From Candidatus Poribacteria bacterium (lineage in GTDB: Bacteria > Poribacteria > WGA-4E > JAJDTR01): 64,000 bases of DNA. Position numbers and translations under genes: made by a program. Below the pieces are notes generated by a model, which did no database searches, was not told where the DNA came from, and saw only the letters and a list, made by a program, of their open reading frames with translations. Positions 1 through 9,086 of this stretch are shown here, piece after piece. The stretch covers positions 2,368,001-2,432,000 of the forward strand of contig CBDCTK010000002.1 in the NCBI GenBank assembly GCA_965222225.1, read 5' to 3'. Numbering within the stretch: the stretch's first letter is position 1; each line of letters starts with the position of its first letter.

Positions 1-17
1 CTAGTCCCCCAGATAGG

Positions 18-386
18 ATGAACAAGACAGCCGAACTTCGCAAAGGAATCGAGGAATTCAATCGCGGCGACTATTTTGAGTGTCACGAAACCTTGGAAGA
101 CGTTTGGATGCTAGAGGCAGGCGAAAATAAGCGATTCTATCAGGGGCTAATCCAACTTAGCGTCGGTTTCTTCCACCTGCTCAATCACAACCTCCGCGGA
201 ACAGCAAGTCAATGGGAAAAGGGAATTGCGAAGCTAACCGATTATGACGATGAACACTTGGGCGTCAACCTGAAAACGCTCCTTGCCAAGATGCAGCGCT
301 GTCACGACATGTTGGAAGCCGTCCGAGAGGGTCGGCAGGCGGAGTTTGACTGGGCACTCGCGCCGCAAATCATCACAACTTGGTAG
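18..386 (+). CDS. DUF309 domain protein
   Basis: 122 aa; G..EFN.G.YFECHETLE..W and YQGLIQL.VG..H pattern typical of DUF309. Confidence 0.85.
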   Translation: MNKTAELRKGIEEFNRGDYFECHETLEDVWMLEAGENKRFYQGLIQLSVGFFHLLNHNLRGTASQWEKGIAKLTDYDDEHLGVNLKTLLAKMQRCHDMLEAVREGRQAEFDWALAPQIITTW

Positions 387-490
387 TAGCGCAATTCTTC
401 GCGCGTCTTCTGTAGGAGCGAGTTTTACTCGCGACTCGAAAGTTTTGCTCGCCACAGGAGGTCGCGACCGGCAGATCGCTCCTACAGTAG
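383..490. repeat. GTAG-type REP-like palindromes
   Basis: gtagtagcgcaattc..gcgcgt (also ~31482-31506); tgtaggagcga...tcgctcctaca inverted pair (half also at ~47315-47341 and ~49183-49209). Confidence 0.7.
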
Positions 491-550
491 GTCTGTAGTA
501 ATGATCTTCGTTTTTCGTGAAAACTCAATCTCTAAATACGGTACTACTTC

Positions 551-626
551 CCTACACCCCAAAGCGCCAGCGGCGCGAAAGGTGTATAGCCGTGAAAATA
601 ACAACGTAATAAAGCCCCAGCGGGGC
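551..626 (+). repeat. ~75-bp dispersed double-hairpin repeat (aaagcgccagcggcgcgaaaggtgtatagc...aaagccccagcggggc)
   Basis: Near-identical inverted copy at ~28480-28557; related copies near 5207-5277, 39159-39221, 49135-49162 and 53698-53770. Confidence 0.75.
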
Positions 627-803
627 TTACAAAATCTGGCGCAAGGGTTTCATCTTGATTTGACGATCGATATTAGTATGCCCCTACTGGATTGCGTAGG
701 CAAAACTCGGTTTCTCGCGTGAAAATTGAACAACCGTTAGAAAACGGGGCGTGCGGTGAGTTACAAAGATTAAGTCGCAAAAAAGAGAGGAGGTCGATCA
801 ACG

Positions 804-1235
804 GTGTCAAAGCAAACCGATAGTGAAGTGGTTTTGACGATACCAATGCACCCGAGTATGGAACTCGTGGCGGCACAGACCGGCTCTCTGATCGCCGAAG
901 CAAACGGTTTCGATGAGAAATGTATCGAAGAGATTCAACTCGCGATTATCGAAACGTGCATCAACGCCTTTGAGCACAGCAAGAGCGACGATCGGCGGGT
1001 GCACATCAAATTCATAATCAAGGATAACGAGTTGGTGCTTAAAATCACTGATCGCGGCGTCGGTTTTCAGCTTGATCCGGACAAATTGCCGCCGGAGGGC
1101 GAATCAAAGTCACAGGAACTACGTAAACGCGGGTGGGGGCTAGAGCTTATAAGAAACATGATGGACAATCTCTATGTCGATAGCAACGAGCACGAAACCA
1201 CAATTACATTGGTAAAAAAGAAACCTGATTATTGA
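804..1235 (+). CDS. rsbW: Anti-sigma factor Ser/Thr kinase (RsbW/SpoIIAB-like, HATPase_c_2)
   Basis: E..INAFEH, D.GVGF and RGWGLELI GHKL boxes; GAGGAGG SD upstream; first gene of the partner-switching cluster. Confidence 0.88.
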   Translation: MSKQTDSEVVLTIPMHPSMELVAAQTGSLIAEANGFDEKCIEEIQLAIIETCINAFEHSKSDDRRVHIKFIIKDNELVLKITDRGVGFQLDPDKLPPEGESKSQELRKRGWGLELIRNMMDNLYVDSNEHETTITLVKKKPDY

Positions 1236-1271
1236 TTGAGTTGTCTAACTTGAAAGGTTGAGGAGACCAAA

Positions 1272-1628
1272 GTGCTTAGCGGTAAATTTGACGTTCAGAT
1301 ACGGGAAGAGGATGGTTACGCCGTCATTCAAACGGAGGGTTATTTGAATGGTCCCAGGGGCGAGAGTCTTGCCGAAACGGCGAAAAACCTCATGCAGAAG
1401 GGATATACCAGATTTGTCATCAACCTCGCCGAGACAAAACTCATCAACAGCATCGGCATCTCCATCCTGATTGAAATTATCGAACTGCTCGAAGAGCGCG
1501 AGGGAATTCTAAACTTCTGCGGCTTGACGCCGACAATTGAGCACACATTCCAGCTGGTGGCGTTGGCGAGGTATGCTGGAATCTTCCCGGACGAAGATTC
1601 GGCAATCGCCGCCCTCAACAGCCCATAG
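1272..1628 (+). CDS. rsbV: STAS-domain anti-sigma factor antagonist (RsbV-like)
   Basis: 118 aa; INLAETKLINSIG phospho-Ser motif; AGGAG SD; lies between the kinase and the phosphatase. Confidence 0.88.
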   Translation: MLSGKFDVQIREEDGYAVIQTEGYLNGPRGESLAETAKNLMQKGYTRFVINLAETKLINSIGISILIEIIELLEEREGILNFCGLTPTIEHTFQLVALARYAGIFPDEDSAIAALNSP

Positions 1629-1731
1629 ATTTACCCTGAAACCAAGTTTTTTTCTTCCGAAATTGAGGAGAGGAAACCCTGTTCTCCACTCCACCCCATC
1701 AACAGATCTGCCTTGAAAAAGGGGTTAATCC

Positions 1732-3546
1732 ATGCAAGCGCCTTCCGCCGACGAAACCATACAACGACTGATTTTCGGTCTATCGGAGCTTGACGAACTC
1801 GGCGAAACCATCATCTCCGGACACGGCAACTTCAGTGTTTCAAGCAGCACCTATCTACGGATGATTCTGGGGACGCTGCAGGTGACGGGGGGCGCCATCC
1901 TGCTGTTCCGCCCGACCGAGAACACGCTCACCATCAAATCGTCGGTCAATGTGCGCGATGAGTCGCTGGTCATTCGGGTGCCGCCCGATCAGATTCCGGG
2001 GTTCTTGGCACATCCATTCATCGACCTGTCCAACCCTCCGGCGGTTCTCCAACCGTTCTTGGAGCAAATCCAATCCCATTTAGATTCGCTTGATGCCCGG
2101 ATTTGGTTCCCGTTAAGGATTCGCGATGAATTTCTGGGCGTAATTAGTCTTGGGGCATTCTTTGATGCGGACAAGATAGAGGATTGGAATCGGGAACTCC
2201 TAAACGTGTTCGCCAACCACACCTCTATTGCAATCGCCTACTCGCAACTGCTGATCAGGAGCCGTGCCGAACGGTTTCGGCTCTTCATGCTCTCCGATAC
2301 CGCGACCCAAATCTGCAAATCACTGGACACGGAGGCGGTGCAGGAGGAAGTGGTGACGCATGTAGTCTCGCTTTTGGACGCAAACGCCGGGGAACTGCTG
2401 CGCATCAATCCGACCACGCAGCGTCTGGAAATGAAATCCCTGTTCAGTCTTGAGTCCCAAGCCAATGCTGAACTCAGAAACCTGTCAATTCCGCTAAAGA
2501 CAGATGAGGAATCGCATCCGACGCTGTCGATGTTGTCTGAAGTTGCGACACAGGAGGGGAAACCGCTAATCTGGAACGATGAAGACAAGGCAGCAATCCT
2601 TGGACACAGAAACCTCATCGCGGTGCCGATGCGTGGACGCGAGGAAATACTCGGCGTCTTGGTCGTCGCCGACAAGGTAGGCAGGAGCGGCGTCACGCTC
2701 GATTTTACCGACGGGGACAGGATTCTGCTTGAAGCCTTCGCCAATCAGGCGGGGGTCGCCATTGAAAACGCCTACCTTTATCAAGAGGCGCTGGAGGCGC
2801 GCCAATTGCAAGCGGAGATGGCGGAGGCGGAGAAAATCCAGCAAAATCTGATTCCCGACACGCTACCCGAGATTCCCGGCTATGAGGCGACCGGGCTTTA
2901 TCAACCCCGCGGCGGCGTCGGAGGCGACTATTACGATTGCATTCCTGAATCAAACGGCATGTGGGGACTCGTCATCGCCGATGTCTCCGGCAAGGGGATG
3001 CAGGCGGCGCTGCTGATGGCAACCCTGCGAGCCGGGGTGCGTTCCGAGGCGACGCGGAAAACGGATTTGCCGAGCATGGCGTTAATCCTCAACTCACTGC
3101 TGAATGCCAGCGGCACCTTCGGCAAATTTGCGACCTTCTTCTATGCTCAGTTACAGACCGAAACCGATCAGGTGACCTCCATCAACGCCGGCCACAACGA
3201 CCCGATGGTCATTCGGAGCGATGGAAGTTGTGAATCGCTGAAAAAAGGCGGGGTGATGCTCGGGATATTCCCCGACGACATGATCGCAAAAATGCCGCCA
3301 TTCGAGCAGGAAACCACGCAACTCGCCAGTGGGGACATCATTCTGTTCTACACCGACGGAGTCACCGAAACCACGAATATCCACGACGAATTTTACGGAG
3401 AGACTCGGTTGCAAGCGACCGTGACACGCCTTCGAAATGAAAGCGCCGATACAATATGCCAATCCATATACAATGAGGTCATCGAATTTCAGGGCGAAGC
3501 CGAGCAGTACGACGACCTGACGCTAATGGTTCTCAAGAAAAAATAA
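1732..3546 (+). CDS. GAF-GAF-SpoIIE/PP2C phosphatase (RsbU-like)
   Basis: VGGDYYD, IADVSGKG, NAGH, YTDGVTE and DDLTL PP2C motifs; two GAF-like N-terminal segments. Confidence 0.92.
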   Translation: MQAPSADETIQRLIFGLSELDELGETIISGHGNFSVSSSTYLRMILGTLQVTGGAILLFRPTENTLTIKSSVNVRDESLVIRVPPDQIPGFLAHPFIDLSNPPAVLQPFLEQIQSHLDSLDARIWFPLRIRDEFLGVISLGAFFDADKIEDWNRELLNVFANHTSIAIAYSQLLIRSRAERFRLFMLSDTATQICKSLDTEAVQEEVVTHVVSLLDANAGELLRINPTTQRLEMKSLFSLESQANAELRNLSIPLKTDEESHPTLSMLSEVATQEGKPLIWNDEDKAAILGHRNLIAVPMRGREEILGVLVVADKVGRSGVTLDFTDGDRILLEAFANQAGVAIENAYLYQEALEARQLQAEMAEAEKIQQNLIPDTLPEIPGYEATGLYQPRGGVGGDYYDCIPESNGMWGLVIADVSGKGMQAALLMATLRAGVRSEATRKTDLPSMALILNSLLNASGTFGKFATFFYAQLQTETDQVTSINAGHNDPMVIRSDGSCESLKKGGVMLGIFPDDMIAKMPPFEQETTQLASGDIILFYTDGVTETTNIHDEFYGETRLQATVTRLRNESADTICQSIYNEVIEFQGEAEQYDDLTLMVLKKK

Positions 3547-3559
3547 TCTTGTAGGGTGC

Positions 3560-3774
3560 GATCAACCGAGCGATTAGTTGTAGGGTGGGCACTGCCCACC
3601 ATCTCCTTTTGAGCAGGTTGCTTGTTAGGTGAGATCTGCGATCGTCAAATCACCGATTCTCCCCCTTACCGCCCACCATTTCTCTTGTAGGGTGCGATCA
3701 ACCGACTGATTAAGGAGGGCGATAGAGATCCACTGCGATCAAAGGAATGAATAATGACTGCGATAGAAAATCCT
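3560..3774 (+). repeat. Cluster of ~37-nt GATCAA..GCGATAG..TCYY hairpin elements inserted in REP palindromes
   Basis: Partial copy at 3560; full copies 3696-3731 and 3737-3774 sit at the two GCGC sites of tgtagggtgcgcactgcgcaccagcc; related empty REP tgtagggtgggcactgcccacc at 3579-3600. Confidence 0.85.
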
Positions 3775-3842
3775 ACCAGCCTTTTATTGTAGGCTGGGTA
3801 TCGCCTTCCAATCGAACCTCGCAATATCAAAAACATAAATAT

Positions 3843-4769
3843 ATGAATACACCACACACAACCACCCCAAACAAAATCAAACCCTCCTTCTCCGGTCACG
3901 AAACCTTCCCGTTTCGCTACACCTGGCTGAAGAAAGGCGTCGACGCCGTGATGGACGACCCAGCCGTTTTCACTAGCGACCGATCAACAATCACCCTCGG
4001 CGTCGGGAAAAACATGGTGCGCTCCATCCGCCACTGGTGCAACACAGCCGGGCTCATTCAAGCGGGGGACGATCGCACCCGATTAGAGCCGACCAACCTC
4101 GGAAGAGCCATCTTTGCCGATGACGGATTCGACCCGTACCTTGAGGACAGTGCAACCCTGTGGCTCATCCACGCGCAGCTTGCGGCAAACGCCAACCGAG
4201 CGACCACATGGTACTGGGCGTTCGGGTTCTTCAATCAGAGCGAGTTTAGAAAGGAGAGATTCACCTCCGAATTGCTCAATTGGACTGAAAAAACCGGATT
4301 GAAGCGAACCTCGGACAATTCGATTAACCGGGATGTCGATTGTTTTCTTCGGACGTACGTCCCCTCCCGCATGACGAAGGGTACGATGATAGAGGATTCC
4401 TTCAACTGTCCGCTCGTGGAATTGGGCCTTATCTCCGATTCATCCGACGGATTCACCTACCAATTCCACCGTGGAGCCAAACCTTCACTGCCGACTCCGG
4501 TTTTCGCCGCCGCTCTGTCCCGATTTTGGGGGTCCCACAATTCATCAAGAAACTCACTCGCATTGGCGGAAATCGCTTATTCACTGGAAAGTCCGGGACA
4601 AATTTTTAAGCTAGACGAGGACTCCGTCGTCGGTTATCTTGAGGAGCTCGAAAATCTAACGGATGGCGCCCTACGCTACGACGAAACGACGGGACTCAAA
4701 CAAGTGTACCGGGATGGAGGCATTGACGAAATCGAGCTACTTCGCAACTATTATAGACAATCCTCGTGA
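3843..4769 (+). CDS. sspB: DUF4007 protein, SspB-like (phosphorothioation-associated)
   Basis: FSGHETFPFRYTWLKKG, LGVGKNMVRSIRHW, DPYLED..TLWLIH and CPLVELGL motifs; ATG 3843 preferred because the ORF extension from 3747 starts inside a repeat. Confidence 0.85.
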   Translation: MNTPHTTTPNKIKPSFSGHETFPFRYTWLKKGVDAVMDDPAVFTSDRSTITLGVGKNMVRSIRHWCNTAGLIQAGDDRTRLEPTNLGRAIFADDGFDPYLEDSATLWLIHAQLAANANRATTWYWAFGFFNQSEFRKERFTSELLNWTEKTGLKRTSDNSINRDVDCFLRTYVPSRMTKGTMIEDSFNCPLVELGLISDSSDGFTYQFHRGAKPSLPTPVFAAALSRFWGSHNSSRNSLALAEIAYSLESPGQIFKLDEDSVVGYLEELENLTDGALRYDETTGLKQVYRDGGIDEIELLRNYYRQSS

Positions 4770-4783
4770 CAGCTGTAGAGTGA

Positions 4784-4974
4784 GATCAGGCGACTGAATA
4801 AGGATCAAACGAGTGGATAGCGAGTGCGATAGCTAATCCCGCGCGATAGCGTTCCCATAGAAATCCCATAGAAATTCCGTGAATCCCAACACCTGTAGGA
4901 GCGATCAACCGACCGATCAACTGAGTGGATAACGAAGGATCAAGCGAATGAATAATGAGTGCGATAGAGATCTT
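4784..4974 (+). repeat. Nested GATCAA hairpin elements
   Basis: Copy 4803-4840 nested in copy starting 4784, then stacked 3' tails; stacked 5' starts at 4903-4937 and full copy 4938-4974. Confidence 0.85.
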
Positions 4975-5054
4975 CACAGGTTGCATAGCATCAGAAACCG
5001 CTGCCGACTTTTTTAATCGTCAACCAAAAAGCCCAGATGGTTACAATCTCTTCC

Positions 5055-5120
5055 CCTCTTCTTCAACGCTCGATCAACATCGTCTGTTATCCCGCTTAAA
5101 TGTACAAAGTCGAGCTCAGA
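5055..5120 (+). repeat. ~65-bp dispersed repeat (…ccgcttaaatgtRcaaagtcgagct…)
   Basis: Diverged direct copy at ~39370-39435. Confidence 0.6.
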
Positions 5121-5427
5121 ATCCGTTTGGAAAATAGGTGGCAAAAGTATCTTTGATTGTTTGAGGAAGCACTTTGTCGCGTTTCTGTCGTCACCCGTCA
5201 TATTTCTGTCGCCCCGCTGGGGCTTAAGTACATGGGAATTAGGCGTTACTATACATCTTTCGCACCGCTGGTGCTTTCAGTAGTAGGGCGGATCGGAAAT
5301 CATCAAATCCCCGATTTCCCCTCTTATTGCCCACCATCTCTCAACAACGCATTGGTAGTAGAGGGCAACAATCGTTGCCCCTGCTGTTGTACGTACGAAT
5401 CCAACGCCCGTCGGACTGGATCAACGG

Positions 5428-6561
5428 TTACGCCTCGCCGAAGTAGCCGTATCCGGGCATCAGATGTTCCCTCGCAACCTCTTCGTTCAGTTCAACCCCT
5501 AATCCCGGCTGGTCGGGCACCACAAAAGCGTTATCCTGAATGAGCGGTTCCTTGGAAACCGCCAAATCCCATCGCCACGCCACCTGATCCGCGTGATACG
5601 GGAGTTCCATGACGATGAAATTCCGTACCGCGGCACAAACGTGCGCCGACGCTGTCATCCCGATCGGCGATGTGATATTGTGTGCGGCAAACGGCATATA
5701 ATACAAATCCGCCAGATCCGCAATCCTCTTTGCCTCCAGTATCCCTCCCGTTCCGGACACATCGACGTGAAGCATGTCGCAAGCCTGTGTCTGGATCAGA
5801 TCTCTGAAACCGTCTCGACGAAACAAAAACTCACCGGTACAGATTGGGATAGAAGTCGCGGCGCTTACCTTCGCCATCGCTTCGACATTATCGTTCGGCA
5901 CAGGGTCCTCCAAAAACATCAAATTGAACGGCTCCAAACATTCGGCAAGTTTCATAGCCGCGTGCACGCTGAATAGACTATGACAGTCGATGCTGATATC
6001 GATCTCATCGCCGACCGCCTCTCGCGCGGCGGCAACTAACGATGTCATTTTTCTCAACTCCGCCGAACTCAATTCCCGATTGACCGCATCCTGCTTGAGT
6101 TCGTTTGCGGAGTTATCAATGTCAAACTTGATCGCTTGGTAGCCGTCTTGGACACCTTCTCGCGCTCGCTGCGCCCAACCCTCCGGCGTGTTTCCCTCTC
6201 CATGCCCAACATCGGCATAGAGTCGAATACGCTCCCGATACCTCCCGCCCAACAACTGATAGACCGGCACGCCGAGGCTTTTTCCAAGCAAATCCCACAA
6301 CGCGGTTTCTATCCCGCCGATAGCCGATAAACCCCTCCCATATCGGTTGTTCACGGAACCAATCAGCCGGTTGTACAACGGCTCTATATTTCTCGGATCC
6401 GTTCCAACGAGCGTATTCCTGAATTGCAGGATAATTTCGGCGATTCCCGCCCCGGGATGCGCCTCTCCCAACCCCGTCAATCCCTCGTCGGTCTCAATCC
6501 GAACGTAGTTCCACTGTTTGTACCCTTTTAACGTCAAAGCCTTCACATCGGTAATTTTCAC
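5428..6561 (-). CDS. Mandelate racemase/muconate lactonizing enzyme family (galactonate dehydratase-like)
   Basis: VRIETDEG..GLGE, ALWDL.GK..GVPVYQLLGG, K.D, D.H, EDP, TGE and HN motifs; GTG start at 6561 with AGGAGGAG SD. Confidence 0.9.
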   Translation of the reverse strand: MKITDVKALTLKGYKQWNYVRIETDEGLTGLGEAHPGAGIAEIILQFRNTLVGTDPRNIEPLYNRLIGSVNNRYGRGLSAIGGIETALWDLLGKSLGVPVYQLLGGRYRERIRLYADVGHGEGNTPEGWAQRAREGVQDGYQAIKFDIDNSANELKQDAVNRELSSAELRKMTSLVAAAREAVGDEIDISIDCHSLFSVHAAMKLAECLEPFNLMFLEDPVPNDNVEAMAKVSAATSIPICTGEFLFRRDGFRDLIQTQACDMLHVDVSGTGGILEAKRIADLADLYYMPFAAHNITSPIGMTASAHVCAAVRNFIVMELPYHADQVAWRWDLAVSKEPLIQDNAFVVPDQPGLGVELNEEVAREHLMPGYGYFGEA

Positions 6562-6668
6562 GCCTCTCCTCCTACAATATACTCGGTCAAAAAGTTCTGT
6601 TAGTGTTGCGTATGTCAAGGATTCATGATAGCATTTCTCCCTGAGATCATGCAACATATGTAACGTGG

Positions 6669-6989
6669 GATCAAGCGACTGAATAGGGAGCGCGATAGTC
6701 TTCCTGTAGGGTGGACACTGCCCACCAGCCTTTGAAAACGCCAGCGGCGATCAAGCGACCAAATAGCGAGTAGGATTTTCTATCGCCCTCCCTATCCGGT
6801 CAGTTAATCGATAGAGATCCCAAGGCGATAGTCCTCCTGTAGGGTGCGATCAAAGGAATGAATAATGACTGCGATAGAGATCCCCTGCGCACCATCCTTT
6901 GAAAACGCCAGCGGCGATCAAGCGAGAGAATAGCGAGTAGGATTTCCTATCGCCCTCCCTATCCGGTCGGTTGATCGATAGAGATTCCC
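6669..6989. repeat. Tandemly duplicated REP + GATCAA-element mosaic
   Basis: Units ~6704-6821 and ~6838-6989, each with a reverse-oriented element (6772-6809, 6939-6976) nested in a forward one; extra copies at 6669 and 6848. Confidence 0.85.
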
Positions 6990-7007
6990 TCAACCAAGGA
7001 ACAAGCT

Positions 7008-8069
7008 ATGACACAAGAGAAACGAAAATGGCGAGTGGCAATTGCCGGTTGTCACCGCATGGTCACACGAACCCCCGGCAGCCATAACTTTGCCGCCGCC
7101 TTCTATTCGGTGCCAGAAGTCCAAGTCGTCGGCGTTTTCGATTTCGGTGCAGAGACCCGCGCCGAGTTTGTGACGTGCTGGCGAGATGCGTGGGGCGAGG
7201 TGACAACCTACGACGATTACGAACGCATGCTGTCCGAGATTCGCCCCGATCTACTATGCATCGCCACCCGCCAAACCATGCACGCCGACCAGATTGAACT
7301 CGCAGTCCAATCAGGCGTCCGCGGAATCCTTTGCGACAAACCCCTCGCCACCAGCCTCGAAGAACTCGATCGAATCAGCGCCGTCTGCCAAGATGTGCCG
7401 CTGCTATTCGCCCTCGATCGACGCTGGTACGCCCGCTACCGCTTTTTGAGGGGGCAGTTGGCTGACGGAATCATCGGTCCCGTTACCAGCATTACCGCCT
7501 ACGGGTTGTCGAACTTGATTAACCACGGCTGCCACTGGTACGATACACTACTCGCGTTAGCCGGTGACGTCGCGCCCGAATGGGTGAGCGGATTCGTTGA
7601 GGACATATCCGGCGAGCCGACGGAATCACGCAAACGGTTAGACCCCTCCGGCAGAGCCCAGATCGGATTATCGAACGGCGTTGTCCTTTACATTACCGCA
7701 GATGGTCGGCATCAAGGCCCCGGCCTGCCCATGAGTTTTGAGGTCGTTGGAGAGAACGGACGCCTTTTCCTGCTAAACGATGCGACGGAAAGTTTCGTCT
7801 GGCACGAGAACGAACCCTCGAATATCCAGCGATTGGAGCTACCCCAAGAAACCGAGCCTTGGCCCGCGGGGCGTGCCATGGTAGAAGACCTAATCAACGC
7901 CGTACACAGCGGCGGGAGGACTGCCTGCGATATAAGAGAGGCGTTCCCAGCCACAGAGATTGGCTTTGCCATTCACCTCTCGGCGAAGCAACAGGGCGCC
8001 CAAATCCAACTCCCCGCAGAAACCAGATCCCTCCAAATCAAGTCGTTTGAGTGGGGATCAACCGAATGA
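7008..8069 (+). CDS. Gfo/Idh/MocA family oxidoreductase
   Basis: VAIAGC Rossmann start, PDLLCIAT..H, ILCDKPLA, HGCHWYD; stop codon lies inside a GATCAA element. Confidence 0.88.
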   Translation: MTQEKRKWRVAIAGCHRMVTRTPGSHNFAAAFYSVPEVQVVGVFDFGAETRAEFVTCWRDAWGEVTTYDDYERMLSEIRPDLLCIATRQTMHADQIELAVQSGVRGILCDKPLATSLEELDRISAVCQDVPLLFALDRRWYARYRFLRGQLADGIIGPVTSITAYGLSNLINHGCHWYDTLLALAGDVAPEWVSGFVEDISGEPTESRKRLDPSGRAQIGLSNGVVLYITADGRHQGPGLPMSFEVVGENGRLFLLNDATESFVWHENEPSNIQRLELPQETEPWPAGRAMVEDLINAVHSGGRTACDIREAFPATEIGFAIHLSAKQQGAQIQLPAETRSLQIKSFEWGSTE

Positions 8070-8255
8070 ATAATGAGGGCGATAGAAATCCCCTCAACTG
8101 AGTGAATAGCGACTGCGATAGAAATCCTGCACCGCTTCCTGTAGGGTGCGCACTGCGATCAAGCGAATGAATAATGAGCGCGATAGAGATCTTACCAGCC
8201 TTTGAGAGTCCCAGCGGGGATCAAGCGAATGAAGAATGAGTGCGATAGAAATCCT
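8056..8255 (+). repeat. Four GATCAA hairpin elements (two in tandem, two in REP-like repeats)
   Basis: Copies 8056-8092, 8094-8128, 8157-8193 and 8219-8255. Confidence 0.85.
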
Positions 8256-8386
8256 GCACCATTTCTTGTTAGGATGCGACCAACGATTATCAAATCCCCG
8301 ATTTCCCCTTTTATTGCCCACCATCTCTCGACTACACATTGACACCTGACCATTACGCGAGAATCCGCCCCCGATCGGAGAAAAAC

Positions 8387-9010
8387 ATGTTATACTACCT
8401 GCGCCGCTCCACGCCGTTCATCGTCCTATACACCCTTGGAGTTGCGCTGATCGGGCACACGACAGGCACCACCCCTGTGGTGAACATCCCCGACGCCAAT
8501 CTCCGGGTACTGCTTGAGATAGCGCTTGACAAGCCCGATGGCGCCGCGATCACAGCCGCCGACATGGCGACTTTGACGGACTTCTCAGCGGCTAGGGGGC
8601 GGATTCGCGATCTGACCGGTCTTGAGTTTGCTGTCAATCTCATAGACCTATCCCTTCGCGAAAACCAAATTTCCGACCTATTACCATTGGCGGGATTAAC
8701 GAATCTGAAAGCCCTTGACCTTGGCGACAACCCATTAGTTGACCTATCTCCCCTCGCGGGATTAACAAAACTTGAATTTCTGGATATCCCCAGATGCGGA
8801 ATATCCGACCTGTCGCCGTTGGGAGGGTTAATGAATCTGGAAAGACTAGGACTTGTGGACAACCGTGTATCTGACGTATCGCCCCTCGTCGAATTAACCG
8901 GTCTGAAAGAGCTGGATCTGCGATCGAACACCCTGAACCCGAAAACAGTCACTACAGACATCCCACGCCTTGAAGCCAATGGTGTGTATGTAGAGCATTC
9001 GAGTAGATGA
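8387..9010 (+). CDS. Secreted internalin-like leucine-rich repeat protein
   Basis: Hydrophobic N-terminus, IPDANLR cap, 22-aa repeats L.L..N.ISDL.PL..LT.L; ATG 8387 after GGAG. Confidence 0.88.
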   Translation: MLYYLRRSTPFIVLYTLGVALIGHTTGTTPVVNIPDANLRVLLEIALDKPDGAAITAADMATLTDFSAARGRIRDLTGLEFAVNLIDLSLRENQISDLLPLAGLTNLKALDLGDNPLVDLSPLAGLTKLEFLDIPRCGISDLSPLGGLMNLERLGLVDNRVSDVSPLVELTGLKELDLRSNTLNPKTVTTDIPRLEANGVYVEHSSR

Positions 9011-9086
9011 ATCCTGATGATTCGAAAATAACGTCAGCCCGTGAGGACGGCAATCTCTAGACATAGCTTGAAACGAGTTAGAATCC

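Noticed and set aside
3747-3842. Extended N-termini in the ORF track (3747, 6657, 20883, 38993, 60283)
   Set aside because: They start in repeats or lack an SD; downstream starts fit SDs and family N-termini.
4786-8345. Small minus-strand ORFs with ISIALIIHSLD-like peptides (also 19812-20090 and 29453-29767)
   Set aside because: They are translations of the repeat; the variation follows base pairing rather than codon structure.
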